Source of the DNA: Epithemia pelagica
Taxonomy: Eukaryota; Protista; Bacillariophyta
Direction of reading: 5' to 3'
Length of the DNA stretch: 64,000 nucleotides
Assembly (NCBI GenBank): GCA_946965045.2
Contig: OX337230.1
Span: 3,286,001-3,350,000, forward strand
How positions within the stretch are numbered: position 1 is the first letter of the stretch; every line of letters starts with the position of its first letter. The position numbers were made by a program, and so were the translations under genes. Shown piece after piece: positions 54,234 through 64,000 of the stretch. Below the pieces are notes generated by a model. That model was not told the origin of the DNA. It worked only from the letters and a program-made list of their open reading frames with translations, and made no database searches.

Positions 54234-56108
54234 CTATTTCCCGTCAGGGTGTTTTCCCCTTGTTGCCCTTCCTTCTTCTTGGGTGGTTCTACTTGGGTTG
54301 GGTTGATCGAGTGCTGGACTGGTGCTGCAATCATGCAGACTTGGCTTGTCACGATAGTGGCATTGAAAGTTGGGAGAGCTGCTGCAACAAGCTTCACTCA
54401 AACTTGCAACGTCTTGTTCCGAAGAGGTCCCGGAAGGACTTTGTACGTCGTTCAAGGTCTTGCCAATACACTGATCATTCACATACCATTCTCCCATTTG
54501 TTGAAAGAACTTGATTTTGTTGTCTTTGTTTTCGGTCCAGCTCATGTGGAAGATAATCGGTTTGACACGTCCAGACAAGAAGCTCTGGATGAGCTTCGGT
54601 TTGCGATGCCATTGATATCCGCAGGGGAGATCCGGTGACTCTCGAGAAATGACCTTGGCTCGCAGTCCATAGGCCAATGCATTCTCATTCAGTGCATTGA
54701 TCAAGACTTTTTGGTGACTTTTGGAGCTTACAATGGACGGCATTGAAAGGAGGACTGAGTTTAGAAGTTGCTGAGTGCGTTCATTGTTGTTCACGAAGTA
54801 AAAACCAGAGTTGGCGTCATACGGTGCGAATCGCATACTCCGTGCTCCATCTTCTTGAAATATAATATCGTATTCATCGTTCCACCTTGCTTCTTCAGCA
54901 AAGTAGTCGTTGACTGGATGACGAAACCAGACCACATCCGCATCTTGAAACAAAAGGTCATAACCCAACTGTGAAATAAGATGAACACTGATCACCTTCA
55001 TTGTCATCAAGGCCATAAAGGTTCTGTCTCCGTAGGCTTTGGCAGCTTTAACAGGGACTTTGCCGAACAACTTGTCATTATAATAACCTGTGAGACCAAG
55101 AGAAGTTACCAAATCGTAAGCTTCTTTGTCTGCAGCAAATACCAAGATGGACGAAAGATCTAGGCCCTTCGCCTTGGCATTGCATGCAAAGTTCATGATT
55201 ATTTCCGACTGTCCAAAATTGCAAACCATGACTGTTATTACACCTTTCCCGTTTCCTCGGTCAATCGGTACAAGACGTTCCTCCTTGACCAGAGCCTCAA
55301 TTTCCTGCAACCCTTCCTTCATCAAGCCCAAGTAATTCTGTAGAATATCAAAGGCATCTCGAGAATGAGTAGCAGATGGGGGATGATTCACATCAACTGC
55401 ATTCTCCTTGACATTCATCCCCACGTGCCTCAGTGGTTGACCTTTCTCGAACGAATAACGACCCTTCTCCTTGACTTTCGAAATTCTCATCCACTTTTGT
55501 GAATAGTAGTTGTGTGATTGATAGGGAACTATGGCCAAGCATGATTTCTGGTTTTGCACTGGAAACACCACAACTTCCTGACAGCTTTCAAGAGCCTTGT
55601 TAGCAGAGGAGGAAAGAGGAATGACATTGCTTGCCGAGAGACTGCGGTTTGTTTTGGGAGGAGGAGATTTTACTTTTGGACCATACATGAGCAACACATT
55701 GGGAGAAGATTCCTGGTCCTTGGTGTATTCTACGTCCATGGGGATGCCCAAATCAATTGTTTTGATAAATTCATGCGATGGAATCGCCGTCATTTGGGAA
55801 GCCAGATCACTTACTGTCGAACTGTCAAAGGTAGTTTTTGTTTTCAATGGACCTTCACGAGTGCTGCTGGCCAACCGTTGCGGCGATGGACAGGCCTGTT
55901 GTAAGCGATCTTGTACGACTTTTTCGACGCGATCCATAAATTCCCTTTCCATGGCAGCCGACCTCTTCTCAAGATCATGAAGAAACATTATCATGGTCGT
56001 CAAACCGAGATAGAGTACAAGGGCAGAGAAAAGTACACAATACAAAATTGGTTTGGTACCAACACATGCCCGTTCTCGGGAATTGGACGCGGTCGACGAG
56101 AGACCCAT
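54234..56108 (-). CDS. Nucleotide-diphospho-sugar transferase family glycosyltransferase, type II membrane protein
   Basis: N-terminal TM; GYDLLFQDADVVW (DxD), ANSGFYFV, IIFHMSWT. Confidence 0.85.
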   Translation of the reverse strand: MGLSSTASNSRERACVGTKPILYCVLFSALVLYLGLTTMIMFLHDLEKRSAAMEREFMDRVEKVVQDRLQQACPSPQRLASSTREGPLKTKTTFDSSTVSDLASQMTAIPSHEFIKTIDLGIPMDVEYTKDQESSPNVLLMYGPKVKSPPPKTNRSLSASNVIPLSSSANKALESCQEVVVFPVQNQKSCLAIVPYQSHNYYSQKWMRISKVKEKGRYSFEKGQPLRHVGMNVKENAVDVNHPPSATHSRDAFDILQNYLGLMKEGLQEIEALVKEERLVPIDRGNGKGVITVMVCNFGQSEIIMNFACNAKAKGLDLSSILVFAADKEAYDLVTSLGLTGYYNDKLFGKVPVKAAKAYGDRTFMALMTMKVISVHLISQLGYDLLFQDADVVWFRHPVNDYFAEEARWNDEYDIIFQEDGARSMRFAPYDANSGFYFVNNNERTQQLLNSVLLSMPSIVSSKSHQKVLINALNENALAYGLRAKVISRESPDLPCGYQWHRKPKLIQSFLSGRVKPIIFHMSWTENKDNKIKFFQQMGEWYVNDQCIGKTLNDVQSPSGTSSEQDVASLSEACCSSSPNFQCHYRDKPSLHDCSTSPALDQPNPSRTTQEEGRATRGKHPDGK

Positions 56109-57590
56109 GGTTCAATGGAGAGGGACGAATCAAATATTAATGACAAAGGTATGAGGAACAGGGCTCCTCAAAGTCCTTGGTTAACGGATGCTAATTGGCG
56201 TGCTGTCTCACAAAATTGTCGGGGGATTTGTGGGGATGATGCGTTTTGTCTTGGTCCTGTACATCTATCTCCCAGCGGAAGGGAAGTCTTGGGTGATCTC
56301 TTGTCGTACTTTCTCACCAAACGAATGCTGATATAAGTGCGACTTCAAATATAATATATATGTCCGCTGGAGAGTAGGTACTGTTCACCCCTCAGGACAA
56401 TGCGTTGGGCCTTTCAGAAAATTTGGGTCGCACATGGTCATGGTGGGATAGCGCTAGTAGAGGTAGAACCCAGTAGAGAGAATAGAGGAGTAGTGCTGGT
56501 ATGAGGCCGTCTAGAATGCTACCTAGGAGTAGTTGATAGTTGACGGTGAGCCATGATCGCCGTGCATGTCTTGAGATTGAGATGCAGGATGATTCTGAAT
56601 CATTCCTTTCGGTCTCTAGAAGTAGTACAGAAAGGGTAGAGTTCCATGAACGAAAATCTGCAAGGCACCACAGCTCGGAACCAAATAAAACATTGGATTT
56701 GATTGCAACCCCAGGCCTGTTGGTAAACCTCCTTACCTTGTGTGTAAACAGGTCGATCGATCTATCTTCCATTGTACCTTTGAACCGAGATCGGATTTCC
56801 GAAAACGTGAGGCCGCCGTGGTGGGAGCAAATTTGGGTCCGACATCCGACAAATCCGAAAGCTCACGCACACGCGTCGTTGGACGGTGGAACGAAGTCTT
56901 CCGCCGGAATTGGGCGACGATCCCCCTCCCTGTTTGGTCACGACTGGCGTACATTCTAAGTATTTTTGATAAGGTTACTCAAGCGAAACGAGTTCGTGTC
57001 CGGCGTGAAAGCAACCTGCCTTCCATTCGTGGAGCCAAATTTAGCCAGGCATCGATCGATGGCTTGGCGTGTGTGACGGAACGATTTCGTAAGTATTCGT
57101 CAGGAATTTTTCGTATCCACGCCGGCATAGTTTTCCCTGCAATTTTGTGTCTTTTACGAGAAATTTGTCGTCCGTCGGACTCGGAACCGAACGAAACGTT
57201 TTGGCCCGTCGGCCGCTGACACTGGCCAAAGTAGTGGAGCCAATACATAATAGACAAATTTTGAAGACCAGTGTTTACGGGTCCCTTAACCGTCTTCGCT
57301 GTCCCCACGACACGACCACGACACAAATTCTGGTTGTTCACCACCGAAATCAGTTGGAGTTGACAGAAACCGACTTATGTATTGGCAGGTGACAGTCGGA
57401 GTTGCTCTATTCGCGCGCTATCGTGGACCGGTTTGGCAAAACTCATCCCCCTTTTGATAGATCGTATTCTCACAAAACAGTTGGTCTGGTCTTCCAGTGG
57501 AGCACACAAAAAATCAAAAGCAGATCCAAACAAGACTTTGATATCTTTGGAGTCCTTCCTACCTGGCTTTTGATAAAGGAATACACAACC

Positions 57591-59138
57591 ATGAGAAACA
57601 TTCAAAACTCCAAGTATGACTTGCGTCTGAACCCTGTCTATCAGATTGATTGGAACCAAGAAGCGTCGGGAAAGCGCGTCAAGGCCACCAAACGTCGTGT
57701 TCGATTCCGTTTCGGTTTTTCTCATCGTGAATCGATCGAACAAGGCCAGTCCGGCATGAACTGCCGAGGAGAAGAGCATGAAGTGATCCTCATTTGGAGT
57801 TTGACTTCTGGAAAGCGCTTGGTAGTTGCTGATGGAGAAGAGATCCACTTTTCGAAGGGCAAGGTCACGGATGCCATGTTTGAAACGTCGTGGCAAATCC
57901 AAGGAGGACACATGATCAAAATCATTGCTTATGCAGCGCCGCCTCTCTTCCCACAACCGGGATTCCGTCAGTTTGATTTGCAGATTGATGGACTCAGTTT
58001 CTTCAACATGCCCAAGATTTATGAATTGGGGAGCGGTGGTAACCGCCATGGCAACTATGCTGCAGAGGATGGTGCCTACGACTCGGCTCCTCAGAGTCAC
58101 TTTGCTCTTCCCGCTTCCTCCGGCCGTCGTCAAGAATACAACCAGCGTGAATCATCGGATCGCTTTGCCTACTCTTCCAACCCTGAGTTTTCGGTTCCGG
58201 AATCGTCTCCCCCTCCCCGCCGTGCGCCATTGGATCGTCGCAACACAATGCCGGAACTCCCTGCCACTCCCGTTGCTCCTCCGCAACGTCAAGAAACTTC
58301 CCCGGCATACTACACCCCGCAACAGTACACTCCGTCTCCATCTCCCGCCGTGGCGTCTGCTCCTCCTGCTCAACCGCAAGCGCTTGACTTTATGCAAGCT
58401 CCTCCTCCACGTGATGAATTTGCTCCAGTAGCTCCTCCGGCTCCTACCTTTGCCGAGACGTCTCAGCAAATTCTCAGTGCCTACACGCCTGTTGCTCCTC
58501 AGGCCCTTCCTCAATTGGCCAATGCGCCCCACTTTTACGAATACGGATCGGCTTCTCCGGGCGCCACCATGTCGGATGTATCGGAGCACGAAGATGATTC
58601 ACCACCGGTGACACCGGAAAAGCCTGAGATCTTGAAGCCAACCATGGCTCCTCTCACAATTGTCGAAATGGAAGAACGCGAAATGGAAAACATGAATGAA
58701 GTCGACCGCGCCATGAAGACGTTGGTCAACTTGGGTGACATTACACGATGCAACGAGACTCCGGAACAAGCCAAGACGTCGCGTCGCCGAGAAGAGGATC
58801 GTCGCAACGATACCACCAAGTCGAGTCCATTGCCACCAACTGCTGCTGCCTGGCAAGTGGGTGCCAACCCTGCCTTGGGTGATATTCAAAAACACAAGCC
58901 CACCAAGGAAGCTCCCAAGAAGGAAGTGATGAGAACTCATGCCTTTGATCCCAATGCTGCTCAAGCGGGAATGATGGTTGTCTATGGAGCCACTTCTTCC
59001 TTGCCTGCCCCACACCAAGGGTTTGGGGCCGGTGTTGCCATGAACCAACAAGCGTACTACTTCAACAAGCCGCAACCGTACCCGGCCATGAATGGTGCTG
59101 CCTATGCTGCCCCTCAACCTCTCTACATGGCACATTAA
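57591..59138 (+). CDS. Hypothetical protein: N-terminal beta-rich domain (weakly FAIM1-like) and Pro-rich tail
   Basis: HEVILIWSLTSGKRLVVADGEEIH and FDLQIDGLSFF; likely start ATG 57591. Confidence 0.7.
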   Translation: MRNIQNSKYDLRLNPVYQIDWNQEASGKRVKATKRRVRFRFGFSHRESIEQGQSGMNCRGEEHEVILIWSLTSGKRLVVADGEEIHFSKGKVTDAMFETSWQIQGGHMIKIIAYAAPPLFPQPGFRQFDLQIDGLSFFNMPKIYELGSGGNRHGNYAAEDGAYDSAPQSHFALPASSGRRQEYNQRESSDRFAYSSNPEFSVPESSPPPRRAPLDRRNTMPELPATPVAPPQRQETSPAYYTPQQYTPSPSPAVASAPPAQPQALDFMQAPPPRDEFAPVAPPAPTFAETSQQILSAYTPVAPQALPQLANAPHFYEYGSASPGATMSDVSEHEDDSPPVTPEKPEILKPTMAPLTIVEMEEREMENMNEVDRAMKTLVNLGDITRCNETPEQAKTSRRREEDRRNDTTKSSPLPPTAAAWQVGANPALGDIQKHKPTKEAPKKEVMRTHAFDPNAAQAGMMVVYGATSSLPAPHQGFGAGVAMNQQAYYFNKPQPYPAMNGAAYAAPQPLYMAH

Positions 59139-59936
59139 AAAATATGTCTATATACACACACACACACTGGGGGATGGAGGATTTTTCCAATTGAATTGGA
59201 ATACTCCACGCATACACAGCTGGGAACACTCAGTTTTTTTCTACCGGTTGTGGCATTCGTTGGCACAATCTTTTGGAAACGATTCTACATATATTCTAAA
59301 ACCAAGAGAGATACTACTTAAACATAAAACTAAATTTGTATGATCCATTACGATTCAAATACATGTTCTTGCCAGAATCAAAGTAGCAGAAAGTCCGCTC
59401 ACCCCCATCGACATCAACCAAGAAGCTTCTGACGAACGAGAGTCAGATCTCTTGCGACTTGCCAGAGAGATGATAGATACAGGGAAGGACGTAAAGGTTC
59501 AGTCATGTTCATGGTACAAATAGGAATGGTGTACGAAAAGACTACCTCATCTATTGCTATACTCTATATGAGAATGTTCTCGCAATTCTTTCCAATCCCC
59601 CTCCCCTCACAAAATCAGATTGCACCAAAATCCAGAATGACACCAATGAATGATCATGCCGTTGCACAAGGCTTCATCTCCTTGTCATCCTTTCATGGAA
59701 CGACTGATCTTGACGATGGTCTCTTCTCGGTTTATAGTGAAGCATCAACGGTGCGACGTTCCAATATCAGTCCCCATCTGCGACAAAGGGTACGTTTTCC
59801 TTCCTTTTTCCATGTACACGCGTTTCTTCCCTCCTGTCACGCTTGTCCAACAGTTTCCAAATGTGGATCTGTAAAGCAAGTATAGCATGTTTGCAATCCT
59901 GACATCCTCACTTCTCGATCTAATCAACATTCCCCG

Positions 59937-60527
59937 GTGAACTCTGACCAAAACTTCTCATTGCTGAAAACCAACAGTCGCAGGCAATCCAGTGGGGTAA
60001 GGGGCAGTGTGTGGCGAAGAAAGGCCAGTGCTGTAGAATGTAGTTCTTGGTCTTCTCACATCAGTTGCTTACTTCATCCATGCGATAAAGCTGGTTCGAA
60101 TCTAGAGCTTTTTGCATGTGCTTGGAAGAAAAACAATGTGGAAGCTGCCATTGAATTTGTGGCAGACATGATACAGATCGATCAACGCCATGGAGGCGTA
60201 CCGCTGAAGGCAATGCTTTTGGCCATTATCAAAAATCATATCTATGTTGGAGGTCAGTTTTCCAACCACTAAGACACAGAGAACAACAGTGCCGAAGCGC
60301 GTGAAGGACACTTATCGACGTTGGCAGAAGCAGCGCACGATGCGATCCGTATCCTATCCCCAGATGTGATTACTCGTGTACTGGACATGGCGTTGGATGC
60401 TTTGCATTCCCGAAACAGATCTGAAAACCCAAGACTTGATGTCCATGGACAAGGGGAAACCGTTTCGTCGCTGTCTGATGAAACTGCCAATTCTAGAGAG
60501 AACCAAGACCGAACCCGGCAGAACTAG
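59937..60527 (+). pseudogene. Possible degraded gene fragment
   Basis: Two protein-like ORFs (59937-60272, 60321-60527) in the same frame separated by a stop; no family recognised. Confidence 0.3.
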
Positions 60528-60922
60528 TTGGTTTTCGGTACCTGGAATGAGCTTTCACCCTCTCTACCTATCGATTTAGCAGCTCATACTTTGACAATAT
60601 CTAATGGTCAAAACACCAGACTGTCGTCGTCTTCATTTCCCAAGAGTCGCAGGACCGAAAGAGAACGTCTCGTCAAATAAAACATGATTGAGCAGGATAA
60701 ATAGCTTCTCCTTTTTTGTCCACTGCAAGGATAATTGTTGCAGCTTTCGTTTGCAAGGAGATAGAATAAGACTGTTCTTGCCTGGGCGAAAATGATAACG
60801 CTCTGTTTGCTTGTAGTTATTATGACTCTTTCCACCACACATTCACAGTCCGTATAGTTCGCGTGTGAATTGCCGATTCAAGATAGAGCAGTATCGTAAC
60901 ATTCGGTGGTCGTTCATGATAC

Positions 60923-62029
60923 TCAAGACTCGTGTTTTGGTTCTTTGTTCTTCCCTGTGTCGTCGCTTGCTCTTTGGTTGTTGTTATTGGTTGATTCAAA
61001 AATGTGATTGGCATTGTCCGTGACAAACCCCGAAAACAAGTCACCCTGTGGTGGAACAGGGTATCGCAAGGCAAACTCGTAAAAGCAGGCCGGAATATCG
61101 TGGCGTTCACCCTTGTCAAACTGGACCGATACTCGCTCGGCTATGGTGGAACTTTGTTCCAAATACACGTGAGGGGATCCCGAAATGGCCGTGCCATCGG
61201 CTTGTGTGTGCAATACGACACCCTTGGCTCGTAATAACGTATTGACGTCCTGCAAGGACTGAATGGGTAAGGTACGATCACCACCATTCCTGTGTTTTGG
61301 TTGGGAGGATGCGATCAAGGCATTGACACTGACGGTAAAATGATTGGCTCGTAATCCAAAGGCATAGACCCAGGCGGCGTACTCGGAATGGTTTAACAAT
61401 AGTTGATAGGTGGCATAATTTGGAAGGGAATGGGGATGAAACAGGTAGTGACGACCCGAGGTACAGACAAAGTCATGGTCGTCCTTCTTGCTGCTGCTGC
61501 TGTTGTCGAATGGTGTTGGTGGTGGTGGTCGAGTTGCCTCGTGAATGATATCTTGTACATGACTTGGCAATTCCTCCACAATCAATTCCGATACAAAGAT
61601 TCGAGGCGCATCTGGATACGGTCCTTCGTAATGGCTGGCCACCAAATGCTTGGACGGAAAGGTATAGTGTCCCTTGAGTTGATAGCCCAGTGCGACAAAG
61701 TCTTGCACCAAATATTCCTTGGACCATCCAGCGATACGAAAGGTGCGCAAGGCAATGTGATCGTTGATCACCTTTGGATGGTGGTTCTTGTTGTTGTTGT
61801 TGTTTTCGGAGGATTCGACAAAGTATTGGGAAATGGTTTCCATGGATGGATTCAGAGTCGTGTAATCTTCCCACAGTAAATCAAACAGGTGTTCAATCTT
61901 TGCACGATTGTCAGTGGCATCTTGGTCGTTTTTCTTGTTCGTCGTTGTCGTGGTCCATGGAGTATTGGCCACGCTCAGGATACAGGCGACAAGGATCGGT
62001 AAAACGACCAGAATAAAGGAAGCTGTCAT
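60923..62029 (-). CDS. DUF1338 family 2-oxoadipate dioxygenase/decarboxylase (HglS-like) with N-terminal hydrophobic leader
   Basis: INDHIALRTF, PRIFVSEL, SEYAAW, ANHFTVSVN, LEQSST, CFYEFALR, FSGFVTDNANHIFEST; likely start ATG 62029. Confidence 0.85.
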   Translation of the reverse strand: MTASFILVVLPILVACILSVANTPWTTTTTNKKNDQDATDNRAKIEHLFDLLWEDYTTLNPSMETISQYFVESSENNNNNKNHHPKVINDHIALRTFRIAGWSKEYLVQDFVALGYQLKGHYTFPSKHLVASHYEGPYPDAPRIFVSELIVEELPSHVQDIIHEATRPPPPTPFDNSSSSKKDDHDFVCTSGRHYLFHPHSLPNYATYQLLLNHSEYAAWVYAFGLRANHFTVSVNALIASSQPKHRNGGDRTLPIQSLQDVNTLLRAKGVVLHTQADGTAISGSPHVYLEQSSTIAERVSVQFDKGERHDIPACFYEFALRYPVPPQGDLFSGFVTDNANHIFESTNNNNQRASDDTGKNKEPKHES

Positions 62030-62447
62030 GGTGAAATACGGTTGGATGGTTGGTTTCGGAGAAGAGGATTTTGAAAACACTGCAATGGTATCTTCACGAT
62101 CAAAAATGTGAATGGGGGTTCTGACGCTATTCTCTCTGTCTCGCTCTTGCGCCTGATTTCTATCCTGTCTTGGTGTTGTGTCTGTTGATTGGGCTTTTCA
62201 ATCAACTTTGGATGGTCTATTGTAGTGTCATCAATGGACTGAACGACCTCTTTCACTTCAAAAAGTGTTCGCTTCCGAGATCTTTTTTGGAGCCGGAAGT
62301 CGGTTCCGAGTTCCGAGACCCTCGGACGACGGACGGACACGCCATCAGCCAGATTCCGCGACCTGGAAGTCACGCGTCACGGGTCACGCGTGGTCACCGG
62401 TCACGGACGCCCATCGACATCCGACCGACATTCCATCAGGTTCGACC

Positions 62448-63557
62448 ATGAGCAAATCGTTGTCATTCTCGAAACGCGTCACCCGCTCTTCTTCTTCGTC
62501 GTCGTCGTGCGCTTCTTCTGTGTCTCTGTCATCGTCCCCATTTTGCTACATTTTTGGATATGGTTCCCTCTTGTGTTGGGAATCGCGTTGTTACACATGT
62601 CCCGAATGGCAGACCAATCGGAATTGGATTCCAGTGGCCATTCAAGGGGTGGAACGATGTTGGAACAAGCGAGCTTCTGCATTGAACATGACGGCTGTGG
62701 GTGTCCAATTTCGATCGAGGGCGACTTGTACCGGATTGTTGCTTCCTCTGACCCAAAAAATCTCCTTGCAAGCCTTGGATGAACGGGAACAGGGATATCG
62801 ACGAGTACGTTTGGATCCACAGATCAATGCCATGTCTTTGATTCCTTGTTTGGAAGAACCAACCGAAACAATGACAGACCACGAAATCAGTCATGATGAA
62901 GACGATAGGACAGGCAAGGAATCAAAGGCTCCTCCATCACCCTACGAACACTGGAAAGAACAACTGGACCAACTGGTGAGGAGGGCGGCAACCGATTCGT
63001 CTCGTGGTGGTGGTGATGGTGGTGATTGTGATATTTGGGTCTATGTCCCTGAACTCTCCAATCCACCCACACAGCGATATCCCATTTTTCAATCCTACGT
63101 GGACACGATTGCTCGTGGATGCTATCAAATTGGTGCGGCGAGCCGTCGAAACACGATCAGCCCTTCTTTGATTCAGCAAGGACCCGGACAAGCCTTGTGT
63201 CGCACTGTGATGCAAACGACGTGGGGCTGGCACCCCGAACAATGGCCTGCATCAGCCTATTCTTCATCCTCTTCGAGAACTGGCTCTAGTCGAACCACCA
63301 AGAAGAACCATCCCAAAAAACAAAAGACTCTTGGCACCAAGGACAAGCGTATCGTGGAACCGGACAATGTGCCGGTAGCGGTATGGATCAATGACCGATC
63401 CAATCCTCGGTATCCAAGGGGACCTCCAGAGGACAAGACAATGCCTACAACCGATGAAATTGATGAGGTACTGGCTCAAGCCCTTCCAGATTACTTTTTG
63501 TTGCGTCAAACTGCGCCATCACCATCTAGAATAGAAGACAATGAAGATGATTACTAG
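62448..63557 (+). CDS. Gamma-glutamylcyclotransferase-like (ChaC/AIG2-type) protein
   Basis: YIFGYGSL, LDEREQGYRRV, QSYVDTIARGC; likely start ATG 62448. Confidence 0.8.
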   Translation: MSKSLSFSKRVTRSSSSSSSCASSVSLSSSPFCYIFGYGSLLCWESRCYTCPEWQTNRNWIPVAIQGVERCWNKRASALNMTAVGVQFRSRATCTGLLLPLTQKISLQALDEREQGYRRVRLDPQINAMSLIPCLEEPTETMTDHEISHDEDDRTGKESKAPPSPYEHWKEQLDQLVRRAATDSSRGGGDGGDCDIWVYVPELSNPPTQRYPIFQSYVDTIARGCYQIGAASRRNTISPSLIQQGPGQALCRTVMQTTWGWHPEQWPASAYSSSSSRTGSSRTTKKNHPKKQKTLGTKDKRIVEPDNVPVAVWINDRSNPRYPRGPPEDKTMPTTDEIDEVLAQALPDYFLLRQTAPSPSRIEDNEDDY

Positions 63558-64000
63558 CAACAACACAGCATAATCTATTCAATCGTTCCTAACAAAGTGC
63601 TTTTGTTTTCTGCAAAGCACAGCCAAACTGAAATAGTGCGAAGCTGTATGGCCAAATCCTTTAAAGGTGCGATTCAAAAAACTGAGATACTAGGAAGAAT
63701 ATGCAAAAGTACAAGGAAATTAAAACCTGATCAAAGAGGAACCAACACTTTTGGACGATGTGGGTCCCTCGTTATCATGAAGCGTAGCTTGGAAGTCAAA
63801 ACATTCGACAACCATTCACACACAAAACAATTTGTACAAACGACAGATTGACACAAAGCACTCGTCTCGAGATGTTGTTGGATCTGGGCGCGGTGTCTGG
63901 TTTTCCTTATTGAAAGGCATTGTCGCTGCTTCCATAAGAGGTCCAATCGACACCGTCATCACTGTCGTCCTTTTCCGTTGTGAGTGTGGAAGAGGGCAAT

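Noticed and set aside
56392-56772. 126-aa ORF with a hydrophobic C-terminus
   Set aside because: No recognisable motif and lies in a promoter-like interval; insufficient support.

Overview
Eukaryotic nuclear DNA, very probably from a pennate diatom: it has spliced genes, FCP/LHC antenna genes with bipartite targeting peptides and CoDi-like Ty1/copia elements. About 27 kb of the 64 kb is transposable element (TE). The window opens with a nested TE cluster. Copia E1 (45-7755, +) has an intact 1893-aa gag-pol and is fused to a preceding copy. It is followed by a putative DNA-transposon end (7756-8270) and a truncated copia E3 (8271-12127, -). Host genes follow: a GH17-like/TM/PDZ membrane protein, 5'-nucleotidase+EF-hand, FkbM methyltransferase, PI synthase, an ABCB half-transporter between two duplicated LHC genes (one with a nonsense codon), a nucleotide-diphospho-sugar transferase, DUF1338/HglS and a GGCT-like protein. 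Two decayed inverted paralogs encode a pseudo-lipase/TM/P-loop GTPase fusion. The main discovery is a TA-flanked element with 31-bp TIRs (34641-49831; about 7 kb without its nested insert). It carries a ~1050-codon IS630/Tc1/mariner-like transposase with ~253-residue D-E spacing and three cargo genes: a SET-domain protein with an acidic tail, an intron-containing protein with TP-x-K repeats, and an unknown ORF. A very recent copia, E2 (40830-49035), sits inside it, with LTRs identical by eye, a CAACC TSD and non-canonical TA...TA termini. All three copia elements share the non-TGG primer-binding site GATTAACAGTCTCA, complementary to a tRNA-Asn anticodon arm. E1 and E2 also share a conserved extra ORF upstream of gag. 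Families were assigned by motif recognition only; no database search was run.
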